From NCBI GenBank assembly GCA_951406725.2, contig OX597831.1, forward strand, positions 80,166,001-80,230,000: a stretch of 64,000 nucleotides of DNA, read 5' to 3'. The translations under genes were made by a program, and so were the position numbers. Under the pieces are notes generated by a model. That model did no database searches. It was not told the origin of the DNA and saw only the letters and a list, made by a program, of their open reading frames with translations. Numbering within the stretch: position 1 is the stretch's first letter; each line of letters opens with the position of its first letter. This document shows, piece after piece, positions 38,375-53,520 of the stretch. This DNA comes from Octopus vulgaris (lineage: Eukaryota).

Positions 38375-39010
38375 AACGATAATGAGAGCATTATCGTTTA
38401 AATTCCAGATATATTTTGACAGTGAAGTAGCAAGACGTTTTTCTATTTCTCTAAATAAAAAGAAGAATATTTTTACTTAGTAGATATATATATATAGCTT
38501 ATTCCCTCAGTATCATCTGTAAACGAGAGACTTTAGCTCGATAAACTAAGTCTTCAGAAAGATACTCACAGCAGAGACGACGGACATTATGCTTGGTATA
38601 AGTACAGATCGTACTTATGAAGAGTTCTGCGTATTTGTCTTCTGTTTAAAAATAAAAGGTATGAAGTTTTTGTGCAACTGTAGCTCACCATAACATTATG
38701 CTTATTGAAAACATTATGCATATTTATAAGCTTTAGGAAAATCCCAGAATTATTGGAACGAATTTTTACACTATAGAGAGAATTGCACCATAAAATCTTT
38801 CGCTTCCTACTTTTGTGTTTATGAATATTAGTATTGCTCTGAACGCAATATATTGCATTGAAGAAGCCGTGGCCTTTACAAACGTTATTGTCATTTTGAG
38901 GTGCAGGATTAATAGTTTGATTGTCAGGGAATATGTTGGATATGCGTTTACTAATGTTATTAACGGGGTTTATTTTTATCAATAATGCAGGATGATTAGA
39001 AACTGTTATT
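38375..39010 (-). pseudogene. Penelope-like element RT thumb/linker and GIY-YIG remnant (second lineage)
   Basis: SNHPALLIKINP..ISKRIS...RKRKILWCNSLYS..FLKLI..VFNKHNVMVSYSC; downstream LSEDLVYRAKV and ATSLSKYIWNLNDN. Confidence 0.85.
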
Positions 39011-39093
39011 AATATAATGTGTGTAATTTCTATTTATAAACAATAATGGCAGAAATTGTGATTACTATAAGAAATCAACTGATAGATAGATAG

Positions 39094-39193
<100 letters not shown>

Positions 39194-39210
39194 GGATGGA
39201 TGGATGGATG

Positions 39211-39273
<63 letters not shown>

Positions 39274-39587
39274 GGTTACATACACACACACACAATACAT
39301 ACATACATACATACATAAATACATACACAGCCACAACTGCGCCTATAGTATACAAACTTCTATTACACAAACATAAACCCATATACATTACACGACAGAG
39401 AAACATATAACAATGCACACATACATGCACAAGCACCGATACGCGCACGCGCACATTACAAACATTCACATATTCACACATATGCAAACTCTCTATACAT
39501 ACAAACATTCTAAAACACACACACATACATCAACACACAAGCATAGGCACAAACACGCGCACGCATACACACAACCCCATCGACTCA

Positions 39588-39748
39588 TGCAGGCGTCGCT
39601 GTGTGATAAGAAGCTTGATTCCCAACCACATGGTTCCGGGTTCAATCCCACTGGTTGGAACCTTGGGCAAGTGTCTCCTACGATATCCTTGGGCCAATCA
39701 AAGCCTCTGATGCGGATTTGGTAGACAGAAAGTGAAAGAATCATGTCA

Positions 39749-39788
<40 letters not shown>

Positions 39789-40058
39789 GTGTTGTGTTTG
39801 TGTGTATGTGTTGTGTATGCGTTGTGTGTGTATGTATGTATGTCTGTCTGTCCGCTTGCCCCCCTCCATCACGTGACAATAGTATTGGTGTGATTGCGTG
39901 ACCGTAACTTAGCATTTCGACAAAAAAGTCCGATGGAATAAATACCAGCCTTAAAGAAAATACTGGGGCCGATTCGTTCGACTCAAGATTCTTCAAGACA
40001 GTGCCCCAGCATGGTCGCAGTCTAATGACTGAAACAAGTAAAAGATTAAAGATTAAAG
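39588..40058 (+). mobile_element. SINE (CORE-like family)
   Basis: Head and tail match the family; (TAAAGAT)n tail. Confidence 0.88.
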
Positions 40059-40366
40059 ATATACAGACAAACACCGTTTTCACACCACCGCCTACAAAAG
40101 CACAAACGCATCCATATGTCAACACACACACACACACACACACACGCATAAATAGACGCGCACACATATAACAACATACATGTTTCATACACACATTTAT
40201 ACACATATATGAAATATTCACACATATATACACACATTCAGGCATATACAATGACCAGCCATTTTAAAGCTCGCATACACACACACACACACACACACAC
40301 ACATATTACAAAGCACAAACTCACACAAGTATATACACACATACAAACGCGCACACACACATACGA

Positions 40367-40399
<33 letters not shown>

Positions 40400-40719
40400 G
40401 ACACATGGACATACACAGACGGACAAACAGAAATACACGTGCACACCCACGTACACACACGCACGCACACACACACACACAGACACACACATACACGAAG
40501 TCGCACATACGCATACACGTAGACATTCACACATACACACGGACGCACACACACACACGCATGGAGACACGCCGCACACACACACACACACATACACACA
40601 CATACACGCAGACACAGACGACACTATTTCGTACTACAAACATTTATACATATCAACACACACATATACCAATACACACATACATACACATACACACACA
40701 AACACGAACATGTTACCAC

Positions 40720-40750
<31 letters not shown>

Positions 40751-40764
40751 CTCCTGTCTCTCCA

Positions 40765-40810
<46 letters not shown>

Positions 40811-41381
40811 ACTCACACACGCACACATCTATACCCTCTTTTACTTTTACGCAGTTACACAATCGTAAAAACAACAACAACAACAAAAAAAAAAGATACA
40901 ATAAAACAAACTCCCGGATCAATTTTTGTGCGGTCATTGATTCGGAAGAAATTTGATCGGTTTAATGTCGAGATTCATATAAACTATTTTAACTGGCAAC
41001 ATTATCTGCAGCCAGTGTCATTGTCGAACAAGACATCGACTCATATAATCACTAGGTTTCTCTATGTGTTTTTGAGCTTCTAGTTATTGTGGTGGTGGTG
41101 GTGGCGGCGGCGGCGGCGGCTGTGGTGGTGGTGGTGGTGGTGGTGGAGGTGGTGGTGAGTGCAGACATATATGTAGTATGTGTATAATGTTATTACCTAA
41201 GTTCGTTTATGTATGTATATATGTGTATGCGTGCGTGTGTGTGTGTGTGAGTGTAATATATAATATATATATATATATACATAAATAATTGTATATGTAT
41301 ACATTTTGTAAATATACATTTTTTTTGTACATATACATACACGTATATATATACATATATTTATTTGCTTGTTTACATATG

Positions 41382-41424
<43 letters not shown>

Positions 41425-41441
41425 GCTATAGATATATATAG

Positions 41442-41488
<47 letters not shown>

Positions 41489-41637
41489 TGTAACTATTTA
41501 CACAAACAAAATTGTGTCTATACATGTATATGTAAAACCCTTTTTACATACATCTACACATTTATGTGTATACATAATTACATACAAAGAAATGCATAAT
41601 TTTTCTATGCAAGAATTCAAAGATGCATACTAATATA

Positions 41638-41699
<62 letters not shown>

Positions 41700-41725
41700 T
41701 GTTTGAGTGTGTGTGTGTTTATAAG

Positions 41726-41756
<31 letters not shown>

Positions 41757-41763
41757 GCATATG

Positions 41764-41898
<135 letters not shown>

Positions 41899-42139
41899 GT
41901 ATATATATATATGTATATATGCGTGTATACGTATGTATGTATTTATGATTAGAGCCAAAGGAGGACATTTCTCATTAAGTCGTAAAACAGAAATACGTTA
42001 ATTTGTACGTTTAGTACAACGTTTGAGATGGGGAAGGGGGGATGAAAGAGATAGACGAAGAGAGGGAGGGATAATGAGAGAGAGAGGAAGCTTGAAAGGG
42101 ATGAGGATAAAGAGATTGAGAGAGAAAGGGATTGAGAGA

Positions 42140-42500
<361 letters not shown>

Positions 42501-42768
42501 TAAAGATATTATGAGGTGTGAAGTGAAGGGTTGTAAAACAGTAAAACTTGTAAATATGGAGCGAAAATAATTGTGTCCACGCATGCGTAACACTCATATT
42601 TTGATAATGTATTTAAGAGATAAAAATCATAGAGGCGGTATATATGCAGAAAGTGAAAACGAGGCAAGAGTTTTATGTCGTCGAAATTTTACGGTGATTG
42701 TCGGTAAATGAGGGAGCCATGTTTAGACCTACGTATATACATACAAACATTCGCATATATGCATATAT

Positions 42769-42831
<63 letters not shown>

Positions 42832-43364
42832 GTATATGTATGTATGTATTTTATCCTATCATATAATATTTAGCCAAAATTGTATATATGGTGTTATTTT
42901 CGGTTGATTGTTGACGAGTGGAATGATAGCGACGATGGTGTTACCGGTAGGGTTTATCGTGATAATGGGCACGACGACGACGATGATGCTGAAGAGGATG
43001 ATGATAACGGTGATAAATGTGTTGCTGTTACTATGTAGGCAGAGATTTAACCCTGGCCGAGCAGCTGTGTAATCAAAGGTGTTCTAGCCGTGGCCATCCC
43101 ATCTTTTCAGGGTATATTTTATGACAGTCTTACAAAAATAGTAGGATGTGATTTGAGAGCATTTCCTTGCTATTATTAGCTGGTTGAGCGTCCACATAGA
43201 GGACTTTCCTTCAACGCCTGTGTAAATGTGCGTATAATGTCACTAGAAAGAGCAGTCAGTCTTACTCATATAAGAATCTACCATCTTTAAAATAGAAGGA
43301 AACACTTCAGGCACATGGAGAAACACTGTATCTGAAAAAGAGACGATATAGATAGATACATAGA

Positions 43365-43407
<43 letters not shown>

Positions 43408-43591
43408 ACAAACAGACAGACAGATACATACATAGTAATATATATATATATATATATGTGTGTATATATTTATATATATATAAATGTATGAATATACATA
43501 TGCATGTATATGTATACACACACACACATACATATATATACATGTATTTACATATGTATATCTATCTATATCTATCTATCGATCTATTTAT

Positions 43592-43633
<42 letters not shown>

Positions 43634-43639
43634 CGTCTC

Positions 43640-43834
43640 TACTCTAGCTACAAGTCCAAAATTTTTGGAGAAGGGGACAGTCGATTAGAACGACCTCAGT
43701 ACGCCACTGGTACTAAATTTATCGACCCCGAAAGGATGAAAGTCAAAGTCGACCTCGGCGGAATTTGAACTCAGAATATAAGAGAGACGAAATACCGCTA
43801 AGCATTTTGCCCTGCGTGCTAAACGTTTCTTGCC
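43640..43834 (-). mobile_element. Nin-domain-type SINE
   Basis: Reverse complement of CCGCCGAGGTCGACTTTG.CTTTCATCCTTTCGGGGTCGATAAAT.TAGTACCAG. Confidence 0.85.
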
Positions 43835-43858
43835 TTATATATATATATATCTATATAT

Positions 43859-43915
<57 letters not shown>

Positions 43916-44507
43916 CATATATGTACATATGTATGTATATATATATATATATATATATATTCATATATGTATAGATAGATAGATAGTTAGATAGATAGAC
44001 TGATTGATTGATTGACTTGATAGATTATATGTTAAAGTATTTTTTTACATAATTACTTGTATTTAATAGTCGTGTTTTATTAGAGGCTGGAGTTCGCCAG
44101 GAATCTATTAAATGTACCCGTGCTTTTAATAGTTTTCACAAACAGGTTGGGCTTCTCGTGTTGAACCCAATTACTGTCAGAGGAATGCTTAAGGATTGAA
44201 TACTCAAAGCCATATATGTCATTTTTGATAATTTCGCTGAAATAGTTGGCGCCCTTCATTAGTAGGTTCTCCTTTCATATTCAAATATTTCAAAATATTT
44301 GTTATAAGAGGAACAATTTCTCCTCGTACGGCACATGGTGGATCTTCGTCTGCGGGCGACGAGGATTCAGTTGATGGATCAATTTAATCATCTGCTGTTT
44401 CAGTTCACGTCTAAATGGCCGAAAATTCGAAGTCATTCTCAATAGCATTTTTGTATAAGAATTTAATATATATATATATATATGCTTACATACACCCCCA
44501 CCCACCC

Positions 44508-44555
<48 letters not shown>

Positions 44556-45118
44556 TATATTGTCCCTCTGCCTCTCCCTCTTCTCTCCGCACGTGACCGG
44601 TGTTCGGCTAAGCCTGACCTTTCTTTCTTGGTTCGGCCGCCGTCCGTGCAACTTTTATATTCCTCCCATGCCTGTGAAATCTTGTATCGCTGCCGTAAAG
44701 CTTTACCTCCTCACACGCCAGCTTAATTTATTTCGTCCTTCGTCGAAAGACAACTGTTGTTATATCCTGTTGTTTGTATTTGTGTAACATTCTCCGCTTT
44801 TTCCCGTCCTTGTTTTCGTATACATTCGCTGCTTTATTCCAAGGAATCTAATGCTCTTAACTTAGTTTTTCTTTGGGGCTGGCCAGACTGGAGCAATCTC
44901 GAGTATAACCAGCCGAAATTGCAAAGATAATCTGGAACTCGACTTAGGAAAGAAAACTCCGAATGACCCGTCTTTGTTTTCTTTGTATCGTCTATCTTAA
45001 ATTTTTTTCTTGTCCATTTTATTGTATCACCTAACCGTCTGCATGTTTTGCATTCTTGTGCCATTTTGTATTTTTATATATATAAAACATATAGCGGCGT
45101 ACGTACACTTTGGTCTCT

Positions 45119-45176
<58 letters not shown>

Positions 45177-45186
45177 AAGTGTAAAG

Positions 45187-45357
45187 ATTTTGCAACATGT
45201 AAATACTGAACAGTATATATAAAGGATAAAATCTTTTTAAGAGCAGAGAAATTTGTTGGCAACCACATGGCTGGTTGCCGACAACTTTTTCTGCTCTTAA
45301 AAGGATTTTATTTTTTTTCATATATATATACTGTACAGTATTTAAGTGTTGCAAAAT
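45187..45357. repeat. Imperfect hairpin / MITE-like palindrome
   Basis: ATTTTGCAACA...TTGTTGGCAACCA / TGGTTGCCGACAA...TGTTGCAAAAT. Confidence 0.75.
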
Positions 45358-45549
45358 ATATCTTTCTAATTGTTCTACAATGCATTTCAGCGCTTCAAAA
45401 ACAAACTTGTTTGTTTACATATGACGTAGCCTTTACATGTATATACACATATATATGCATATATACATACATACACACAGACATATATGTGTATATATGT
45501 ATGTATATCTATCTCTATATATAAATATATATATAAATATATATAGATA

Positions 45550-45590
<41 letters not shown>

Positions 45591-46219
45591 ATGTAGCTTT
45601 GTATTTAAATGAACTAAGAGGCATAATATATTGTAAACGGGTATTTCATGAATACCCTGAACTGTAAACCTTGTACCTTTATTATCCTATTACGACTGAT
45701 TTTTCCCCTTTTCTTTCGTATCTCAACACTTCAAAATTATGAAGCATTTAATACATGTTCATATCTTTCCAGATTGTTTCGGAAAATATTCGACTCCATC
45801 GTATTCTCCGTGATCCAAATTATATTTCAATTATGGATTAAAACTACAACAAAAAAAATGTCACCTAAATGCAAACTGGCTTTTAGAAAGCAACGACGAA
45901 TTGAAACGTTTAGGTACCATGTGGCAGCTTTGGCCTGTTGGCAAAACCGCGGCTTACACAGCAAGATTGGATTGAAAGTATAATCGTGAGCATCGAAACC
46001 CCTTACTCGCATTGTTGGAATCAACAAAGTTTTTTATGATGATCAAATATGTAAATACTTAACGCTAGATATTCAAATTCTCGAACTGCCTCTAAACGAC
46101 ACATACGCCATGACATTTTTAATCTATCAATACGTCTACACCAAAGAGTAGAGGTGTTGGTACATGACGCCCCATTGTCCAGACGACTGCAGGGTGTATT
46201 CTATTTTGCACGGGAGTCT

Positions 46220-48401
46220 GACCAGAGGATACGGTCAACATGGTATCATCCTCGTCATCACTGAACTCGTCAATGGACAGTGATGCTGGTCTCTCCTCTG
46301 TCAGACTGGCAGGTTGTTGCTCGCCTTGGAACTAGATGATCGTGTGTTCGTTATCAATCAGTTCCCGTCCGTACTGCGGTTGTTGGTCAAGCAACAATTG
46401 TCCGGCATCTCTCCACAAGTTCGCACCAAAATCTTGCACATTGGTATTGTTACAAAAGTCCATTGTGGCACTGTGGTAGACTGCTTGCGTCGATTCCCTT
46501 CAGTTTCTCGAGTGGATCTTTTGCTTTAACGCATGGGAAGAATTCTTTCTCGAAGACTGCGTAACGAGCGTCGTTGATACTGGTACAGCTTGTTTGACGA
46601 TATATGCGACAGGTGTATTTTTCTATAACGGTGAATGTTTCCAGGTCTGGGTCAGCATCACCTAGCTTGGCAAATGCATACTGGAATTCTGTGTTCTCCT
46701 CAAGGATTTGAAGAGGCCGTATCTTTCCTTGCCTGTCAAAAGAAGATGTGTAGTCACAGCCTGTAAATATGTGAAATCCAGGCAGAGCTTTGCACATGAG
46801 AGGCCCAATCGATGCTGCTATCTGCGACAGGTTGACGTACCGCCGAGTGTTCTGGCCGCTCGTTCCCACTTCCATCCATACTGCGGCCTTCGCTTTCTCG
46901 AGATGATATAGCATGATTACAGTGATATCGGTATCAGACGCACGGATGACAATTCCTTCATAGTCTTGTGCCATGTGCAGCACATGAGGAACCACCCGTG
47001 TAGCTCCCTCATCATGGTTGCAGTCCAGTTCTGGAGCTCTCTCTCGAATCATGACGCCATGATTATTACGGTACCTCCAGCACTGACTTCCAGTTCCGAC
47101 GTACATGGTTTGAGTACCCAGAATCGACGAGTATTCGTCTTTCTCCCGCTCTTGAGCTAGGAACTGGGGGGTTCCTAGCTCAAGAGGACCCATAAAAATT
47201 CCGGTAGAAAGTCTTCACCAAGTCTGTAGGGTCCTCCTCCCCGTGCAGTAAAGCCTCTGTGGTCAGTGGATAGTTCAATATATAATCAGCTTTTTCACTC
47301 TCTTCAATTCCTTCCGGAGCAACAGCACCACCTGGTTGAGGATATGCTCAGGGGAGGAACTGAAATCAAACGCTGCTCTTACTGCGTCCTCTTGGACTGC
47401 AGCAGAATCGACTACCTCACCTAATTTCTTTCTCTTGGGCGATTGTTCTTTGATATTATCTTCGAATTTTCGCACGATCCATTTACTCAAATACTGAGCT
47501 GTTGAAAACGACTTAACCCCGGCATCCAGGCAATATTCGACATGTCGTGTGTAAAGGGATGTCAGCAATTCCGGTCGTTTCTGATTCTGCACGTATTCCC
47601 TTATGAAGTCAGAAAGTAATTCTATCGCTTGTCCTTTTGGTTCACTCGTTTTGTCATCCTTTTCCTTCAATGCCTGCGCGCGTTTGGAGAAAATATTCTT
47701 ACAGCTTTGATGGTAGTTTACTTCCTTAGCGATCATATCTATTCCAGCGATTTTTCGGAGCACAGTGTCACCATTGTTTTTTGCTACTATTCTCGTGGCT
47801 GCCCATTTAATTGACTCTTGTGCATCGAAAGTTTGCCAAGTAGTCAGACTTTCTTCTCCACTCCTGCCTTTTGACTTTCGCTTCAAATCGTAGAATACGC
47901 AGACCTGAGAGTAAATGCCGGAAGAAGATGTGGGCACCACTGTTGGTATTTTGCGTTTTCTTGAGTCGTTTCTAGAGGCTGAACATCATCTGTGATAGCT
48001 GTGAAATCTTTATAACAACCACTGTGGTATCCATGCAAATCAGAAAATGTTTCTGGCAGCTTTTGGATGATGTCGTAATAAATGGATGTACGGAATCTTT
48101 TTTTACTTGAGCGTTTTGATGCGCCGTTTTGGATGGATCGCCATTTCTGCTCTGAGAGCGGAAGTATCAGTCCACTTTCAGCGCTCTCTTTAGACTTTCT
48201 GCTGTGGATAACACAGTGTAATGAGCGATCATTTACACCGGGAGACTGACTGGCCGAGGGTACATTCGCAGGTTCCGACTGGGACCCGCCAATATTCAAT
48301 GCTGAATCAGGTGGGATTACGTGGGGATCAGTTTGAGAGGTGACAAGCTCGGGGGAATATGAAGGTTACCCAGGATCGCCAGGTGAGAAATGGTCCTCCA
48401 T
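46220..48401 (-). pseudogene. Academ-like (XPG/PIN-domain) DNA transposon protein, disrupted and internally deleted
   Basis: N-terminal GYHSGCYKDFT and DMIAKEVNYHQSC motifs; C-terminal CNHDEGATR..IVIRASDTDITV..FHIFTGCDYTSSF..GK FEN1/XPG-like motifs; frameshifts and stops between the ORFs. Confidence 0.75.
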
Positions 48402-48657
48402 GATAATTTATTTTTGATGCCCCCTTACTGAATATGTTGACTAGCGGAAGACGAATATCAGGCGTGTTCGTATTCTGATGATCTGAATGTGAATGAATAT
48501 GAGTAAAGGATTGAATGAACGAAAGCGACGTGCGTTGTGTTGACAGAAGCCAGCATCAGTAATGGAAGAAGGATTCCGATCCCATGCAATGGAAAGATCA
48601 ACATTTTTCAGTTAAAGGTATTTTGCCATATTCAATGAGGAGGATATGTTAATTAGT

Positions 48658-49200
48658 CAAAATGCTTCTTAAATTAGAAATCCATACCTATAATGATTCT
48701 TACATGCTATGATTATATTCAGTTTGACGAGCCGAATATTTTTGTGAAAGAATTTACACCGGAGCAGAAACTCTAATTAAGACCTAATTAACGATCTAAT
48801 TTAAAGGCTTCTTATTGTCTTCCAATGCCTGGGATGTTTCTTAATTTCTTCTTTCATGTTAACTGGGTCTAAGACACGTTTGTTTGTGGCATTCATCCCG
48901 TAGCTTGAAAACAGTGTCTCTGTATATTTCTTCTTAATTAGTGTATAGTGATTAGTAGAAAATGCTTCTTAAATTAGAAATCCATACCTAAAATGGTTCT
49001 TAAGTGACATGAATAGATTCAGTTGGCTTTAGTGAACAATTCTGCGAAGAAATTGATGTTAGAGAAGAAAGTCTAATTAATTGCTAATTAAGTGTCCAAT
49101 TAAAACTTCTTAATTTGTTTTTCCATACCCGTTTTTTTTTCTTAAGTTTTCATTTAAGTATCACTTGTGTCCAAGGAGTAATATTCAATGTAATTCATTA
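48658..49200. repeat. Degenerate ~300-bp direct repeat upstream of the Academ-like ORF
   Basis: AAATGCTTCTTAAATTAGAAATCCATACCTA at 48660 and 48960. Confidence 0.75.
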
Positions 49201-49643
49201 CTGGAGCTTAAAGTCTAATTAAATTAGTTATTTACGCAAGTTGATTATCTCATAATTAATTAATCCATGCTTAATCATACTTAAGAATCCCGTTTCATGG
49301 TATTAGGACCATTTGTACACATATTGTGCCTTGCCAGTATTTTGGAGCTTCCAGTATAATCAAATCAGGACTGGCTCTTGGTGTATATAAACAGAGTGTT
49401 TCTGGTTTTGTATGTTTTTTGAATTATTATCTAATCTATTTTTGGATTTCAATAAATTTGAGTATTGCAATGCCTAGAGGTGAGTTTCATGAATTTGGGA
49501 AGTATAGTTCGACAGAAAAATCAGACAGTGTTCTGGTATTATAATTTTCAAGTGCAATTTATATATATATATATATATATATTCGCCATGATAGATCGGT
49601 AGCCACTACACAATTTTTTTCCTTCCTTGTTTTTTCTGTGTCC

Positions 49644-49679
49644 CTTTCTGTAGAAGAGCGTAGGCTCGAAACGTAAAAG
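49644..49679 (+). ncRNA. Minimal hammerhead-like motif, variant core
   Basis: CTTT-CTGTAGA-A-GAGC-GTAG-GCTC-GAAAC-GTA^AAAG. Confidence 0.55.
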
Positions 49680-49769
49680 ACTTTTTCTATTGCAGAGCGT
49701 TATACTAATACAACTATTTGCTTAGTACACCACCTGTCTTCGTCTTTTGCTTTTTTCGTAAACTCTCCC

Positions 49770-49815
<46 letters not shown>

Positions 49816-49867
49816 CTTACATACACGCACACACACATATACGTACAGATAAGTAGTGAGAGGAGAG

Positions 49868-49945
<78 letters not shown>

Positions 49946-49981
49946 AAGAGAGAGAGAGAGAGAGAGATAGATAGATAGATC

Positions 49982-50043
<62 letters not shown>

Positions 50044-50413
50044 CTCACCGGTATGATCTCTTTTCTCTTCCACATAAGATATGTTCAATGTGATATACAA
50101 AGACAAAGAGAAAGAGTAGATACATGTTGGGGAGGGAGGTGTAAGAGAAGGGGAGAAAGAGCGAGAAAAAGAGAGGGAGAGAGAGGAAGAAGAAAGAGAG
50201 TGTGTGCGTGTGACAGGCAGTCAGTCAAACAGACTGAGATAAATGGAGATGGACAGAGAGAGACTGAGAGATTGATGGAAAAACGAAGAAAGTGAAGTTA
50301 TTAGAATCAATGATGCAGAGAAAACCGAAATGACGTCATAACATCTCCAGGTTGTTTTTGTTATTGATTAAGAGGTGATACAACACAAAAAGATCTGAAC
50401 GCACATGTATATA

Positions 50414-50457
<44 letters not shown>

Positions 50458-50660
50458 TGTATATATATATATATATATATATGTATACTTACATATACAT
50501 ATATACGTATATATGAATGAATATAATATATATATATATATATATATACATACATACACATATATATATGGGTATATATATATACATACATATATATATA
50601 TGGATATATATATATATACATACATATATATATATATGGATATATATATGTGTGCACATA

Positions 50661-50697
<37 letters not shown>

Positions 50698-50909
50698 ACG
50701 TACATATATAAACATGTATTTATATGCATATATATATATCTGCACACAGACGCATACACACATATATACATATACCTTTATGTATAGATGTGTAGATTTC
50801 TAAGTTGTGATTGTATGTGTGTATCGTACTACAAATCTTTCCAAATTGGAATAAAGAATTGTTTCTCCCTCTCACTCTATCTCTTTCTCTCTCTTTCTCT
50901 GTCTGTCTG

Positions 50910-50945
<36 letters not shown>

Positions 50946-51106
50946 TCTTTCTTTCTTCTATTTGCCTGGGATAGAGAAAAGAGAACAAGAAAGAGACCGC
51001 GAAAGAAGAAAGAGAAATAGAAAAAAAAAAAAAGAGAGAGGAGACTCTAAGAAGATCAGGCGATTTCCGATTTTCTTTATTGACCAATCGTTCGGTTCCG
51101 TTGCAG

Positions 51107-51181
51107 TAATGTCAGGAAAAACACAAGAAGAATTCCTTCCGTTGAAGGTTGACTTAAATCTTTACAAGACACACAACTTCC
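51107..51181 (+). CDS. Candidate 75-nt symmetric internal exon of an unidentified host gene
   Basis: Pyrimidine-rich ...TTCCGTTGCAG acceptor, GTGAGT donor, open frame MSGKTQEEFLPLKVDLNLYKTHNF in non-repetitive sequence. Confidence 0.3.
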
Positions 51182-51369
51182 GTGAGTAATGTTCCAAGAC
51201 TTACTGAAGGCAAAGAAATACGCATCAGAAATGTACATAATATCCTGTAACTGGCAGAAACGCTAGAGCTGTATACTTATGTACTTAGAAGTGAGTTATG
51301 AGGTGTAGACTAATGTAAAATAACGTCGAGAGTTCAAATCCAGTTGAAGTCGATTTGAATTATTATTAC

Positions 51370-51426
<57 letters not shown>

Positions 51427-51429
51427 TAT

Positions 51430-51692
51430 GGCGGTGAGCTGGCAAAATCGTTAGTACGCCGGGCGATATGCTTAGCGGTATTTCGTCCGTTGTTACGTTC
51501 TGAGTTCAAATTCCGCCGAGGTCGACTTTGCCTTTGATCCCTTCGGGTTGACTTTTGCTCCGAAAGGCAAAAGGTGACTTTGCCTTTCACCTTTTCGCGA
51601 TGAATAAAATAAGTACCAGTTGAGTACTCGGGTTGATGTGATCGACTTAAACCCTCCACCAAAATTTCAGGCCTGTACCAATAGTAGAAATG
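51430..51692 (+). mobile_element. Nin-domain-type SINE
   Basis: GGCGGTGAGCTGGCA...GAGTTCAAATTCCGCCGAGGTCGACTTTGCCTTT...AAGTACCAG; (TTA)n flanks. Confidence 0.88.
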
Positions 51693-51760
51693 ATTATTAT
51701 TATTATTGTTGTTGTTGTTGTTGTTGCTATTGTTATTATTAAGACGCAAACTGGCAGAAA

Positions 51761-51801
<41 letters not shown>

Positions 51802-52019
51802 TTTCCGCCTACCAAATCCAGTCACAAGGCTTTGGTCGGCCCGAGACTATATTAGAAGGCACTTGCCCAAGGTGCCATGCAGTGGGACTGAACCTAGAGC
51901 CATAATTTTATAATTTTCACAATTTTATTTCCATTCTTGTTGGATCCCATTTATCTGTCCAAAACAGCTTTTTTTTCCAAATTCGCTGCAATATTTTTCT
52001 CCGCCTCGAACCTCGGTAT

Positions 52020-52240
52020 GGAACAATAGTTTAGTTGGATTGAAGGAATGCATTTGGTCAGCAGTGCAGGAGATGACTCCTGAAATACTTCAAAATGTGT
52101 TTCGCAACACTAAGGAGAGATTTGAAATTTCCAGGGATACAGGCGGAGCACATGTTGAGAATTTTCAAGAAAGTTTTCACCTAAGATTTATAAATTTATT
52201 TGTTTTTGTATCATAATTCAGTAATAAATAGTATCATAAT
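52020..52240 (+). pseudogene. Tc1/mariner-superfamily transposase C-terminal fragment
   Basis: LKECIWSAVQEMTPEILQNVFRNTKERFEISRDTGGAHVE. Confidence 0.65.
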
Positions 52241-52626
52241 CTATAATAATAAAAGCAAAATCCTGTCTGTGCGTCCATCTCGGTCTCCTGTATCTCAATC
52301 TTAATTTCCTCTATATAGACATATTATACTTTTTTAGAATCAGGATGATCCTGGGATTGAAACTCTGTCCTTTATTTGGTTCTTGAACATTCAGCATTGG
52401 GATCAGGTCTGGATAAGTATTTGGTATAAGTTTACAGTTGAAAATTCAAATTTTAAAAGAACTTCAGAAATTTGTGTACTTCGAAGTTTTTCATATAAAC
52501 TGAACTGGGTACCAATGAATGCTTTATTATTATTGCTATCTACCTACTTACCCTCTTTGGCATGTTGGTAAATGGAATAACTATAAAAATGAATCTTTTC
52601 AATTTAACTAAATTCTATATTTATAC

Positions 52627-52712
52627 GCAGCTGAAGATTGCTCTACATTTCAAAACCGATGTAATACTTGCATTGTTTAATTAAATGGAGCTGCAAGGAA
52701 CGATCGTACTGC
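52627..52712 (+). ncRNA. Type I hammerhead motif (family G, copy 3; A13G, probably inactive)
   Basis: GCAG-CTGAAGA-TTGC...GCAA-GGAAC-GATC-GTA^CTGC. Confidence 0.65.
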
Positions 52713-53390
52713 ATTACCTTTGAATATCCTTGTTGCTTATTTTGATTATAGTATATAAAATATATATATATACGACGGGCTTCTTTCAGTTTCCGTCTAC
52801 CAAATCCGTTCACAAGCCTTTAGTCAACTGTACTGTAGAATTATAATAAATATATAGCAGATAAATTTTAACTACTACATCTTATATGGTCCCTAAAGGG
52901 CCATATGGATCCCGGTTGAGAAGGACTACTTTAGAGGATGATTAAAATGAGTTCTTGCTGCTATTTCTAGCAGGTCGAGGGACCCTACTGTCATTGTTGT
53001 TGGTAGTTTTCGTTGTTGCTAATGTGTTTGTTGTTGTTTCGACGTCGGTCAGCTCGTGGCTGAGCATATTCATCACCTATCAAAGGCGTTCCAGTCGTGA
53101 CCATTACGTCTACTTCACGGGCATTACGCTTCTAGTATTACATGATCTTTACTCATCTTTAGCTGAAAACTATTTCAGGAACCTTTGACTGTTTATTCTT
53201 GCACTGTTAATTCTTCCTTCTCCCACTACTCCCCTACTCTCTCACTCTCTCTCACCCTCTATCTCTCGCTTTGTTTATTTTTCTATTTGTTATGTATTAC
53301 GTCACTATACATCCCGTCGTCGGATCTGAATGCTGTCTTCTATTTGATCTAAACAAATAATCACGGATAACCGGACACAGACGTACAGCT

Positions 53391-53486
<96 letters not shown>

Positions 53487-53520
53487 TACATATCTGTATG
53501 TATATAAATATATATATACA

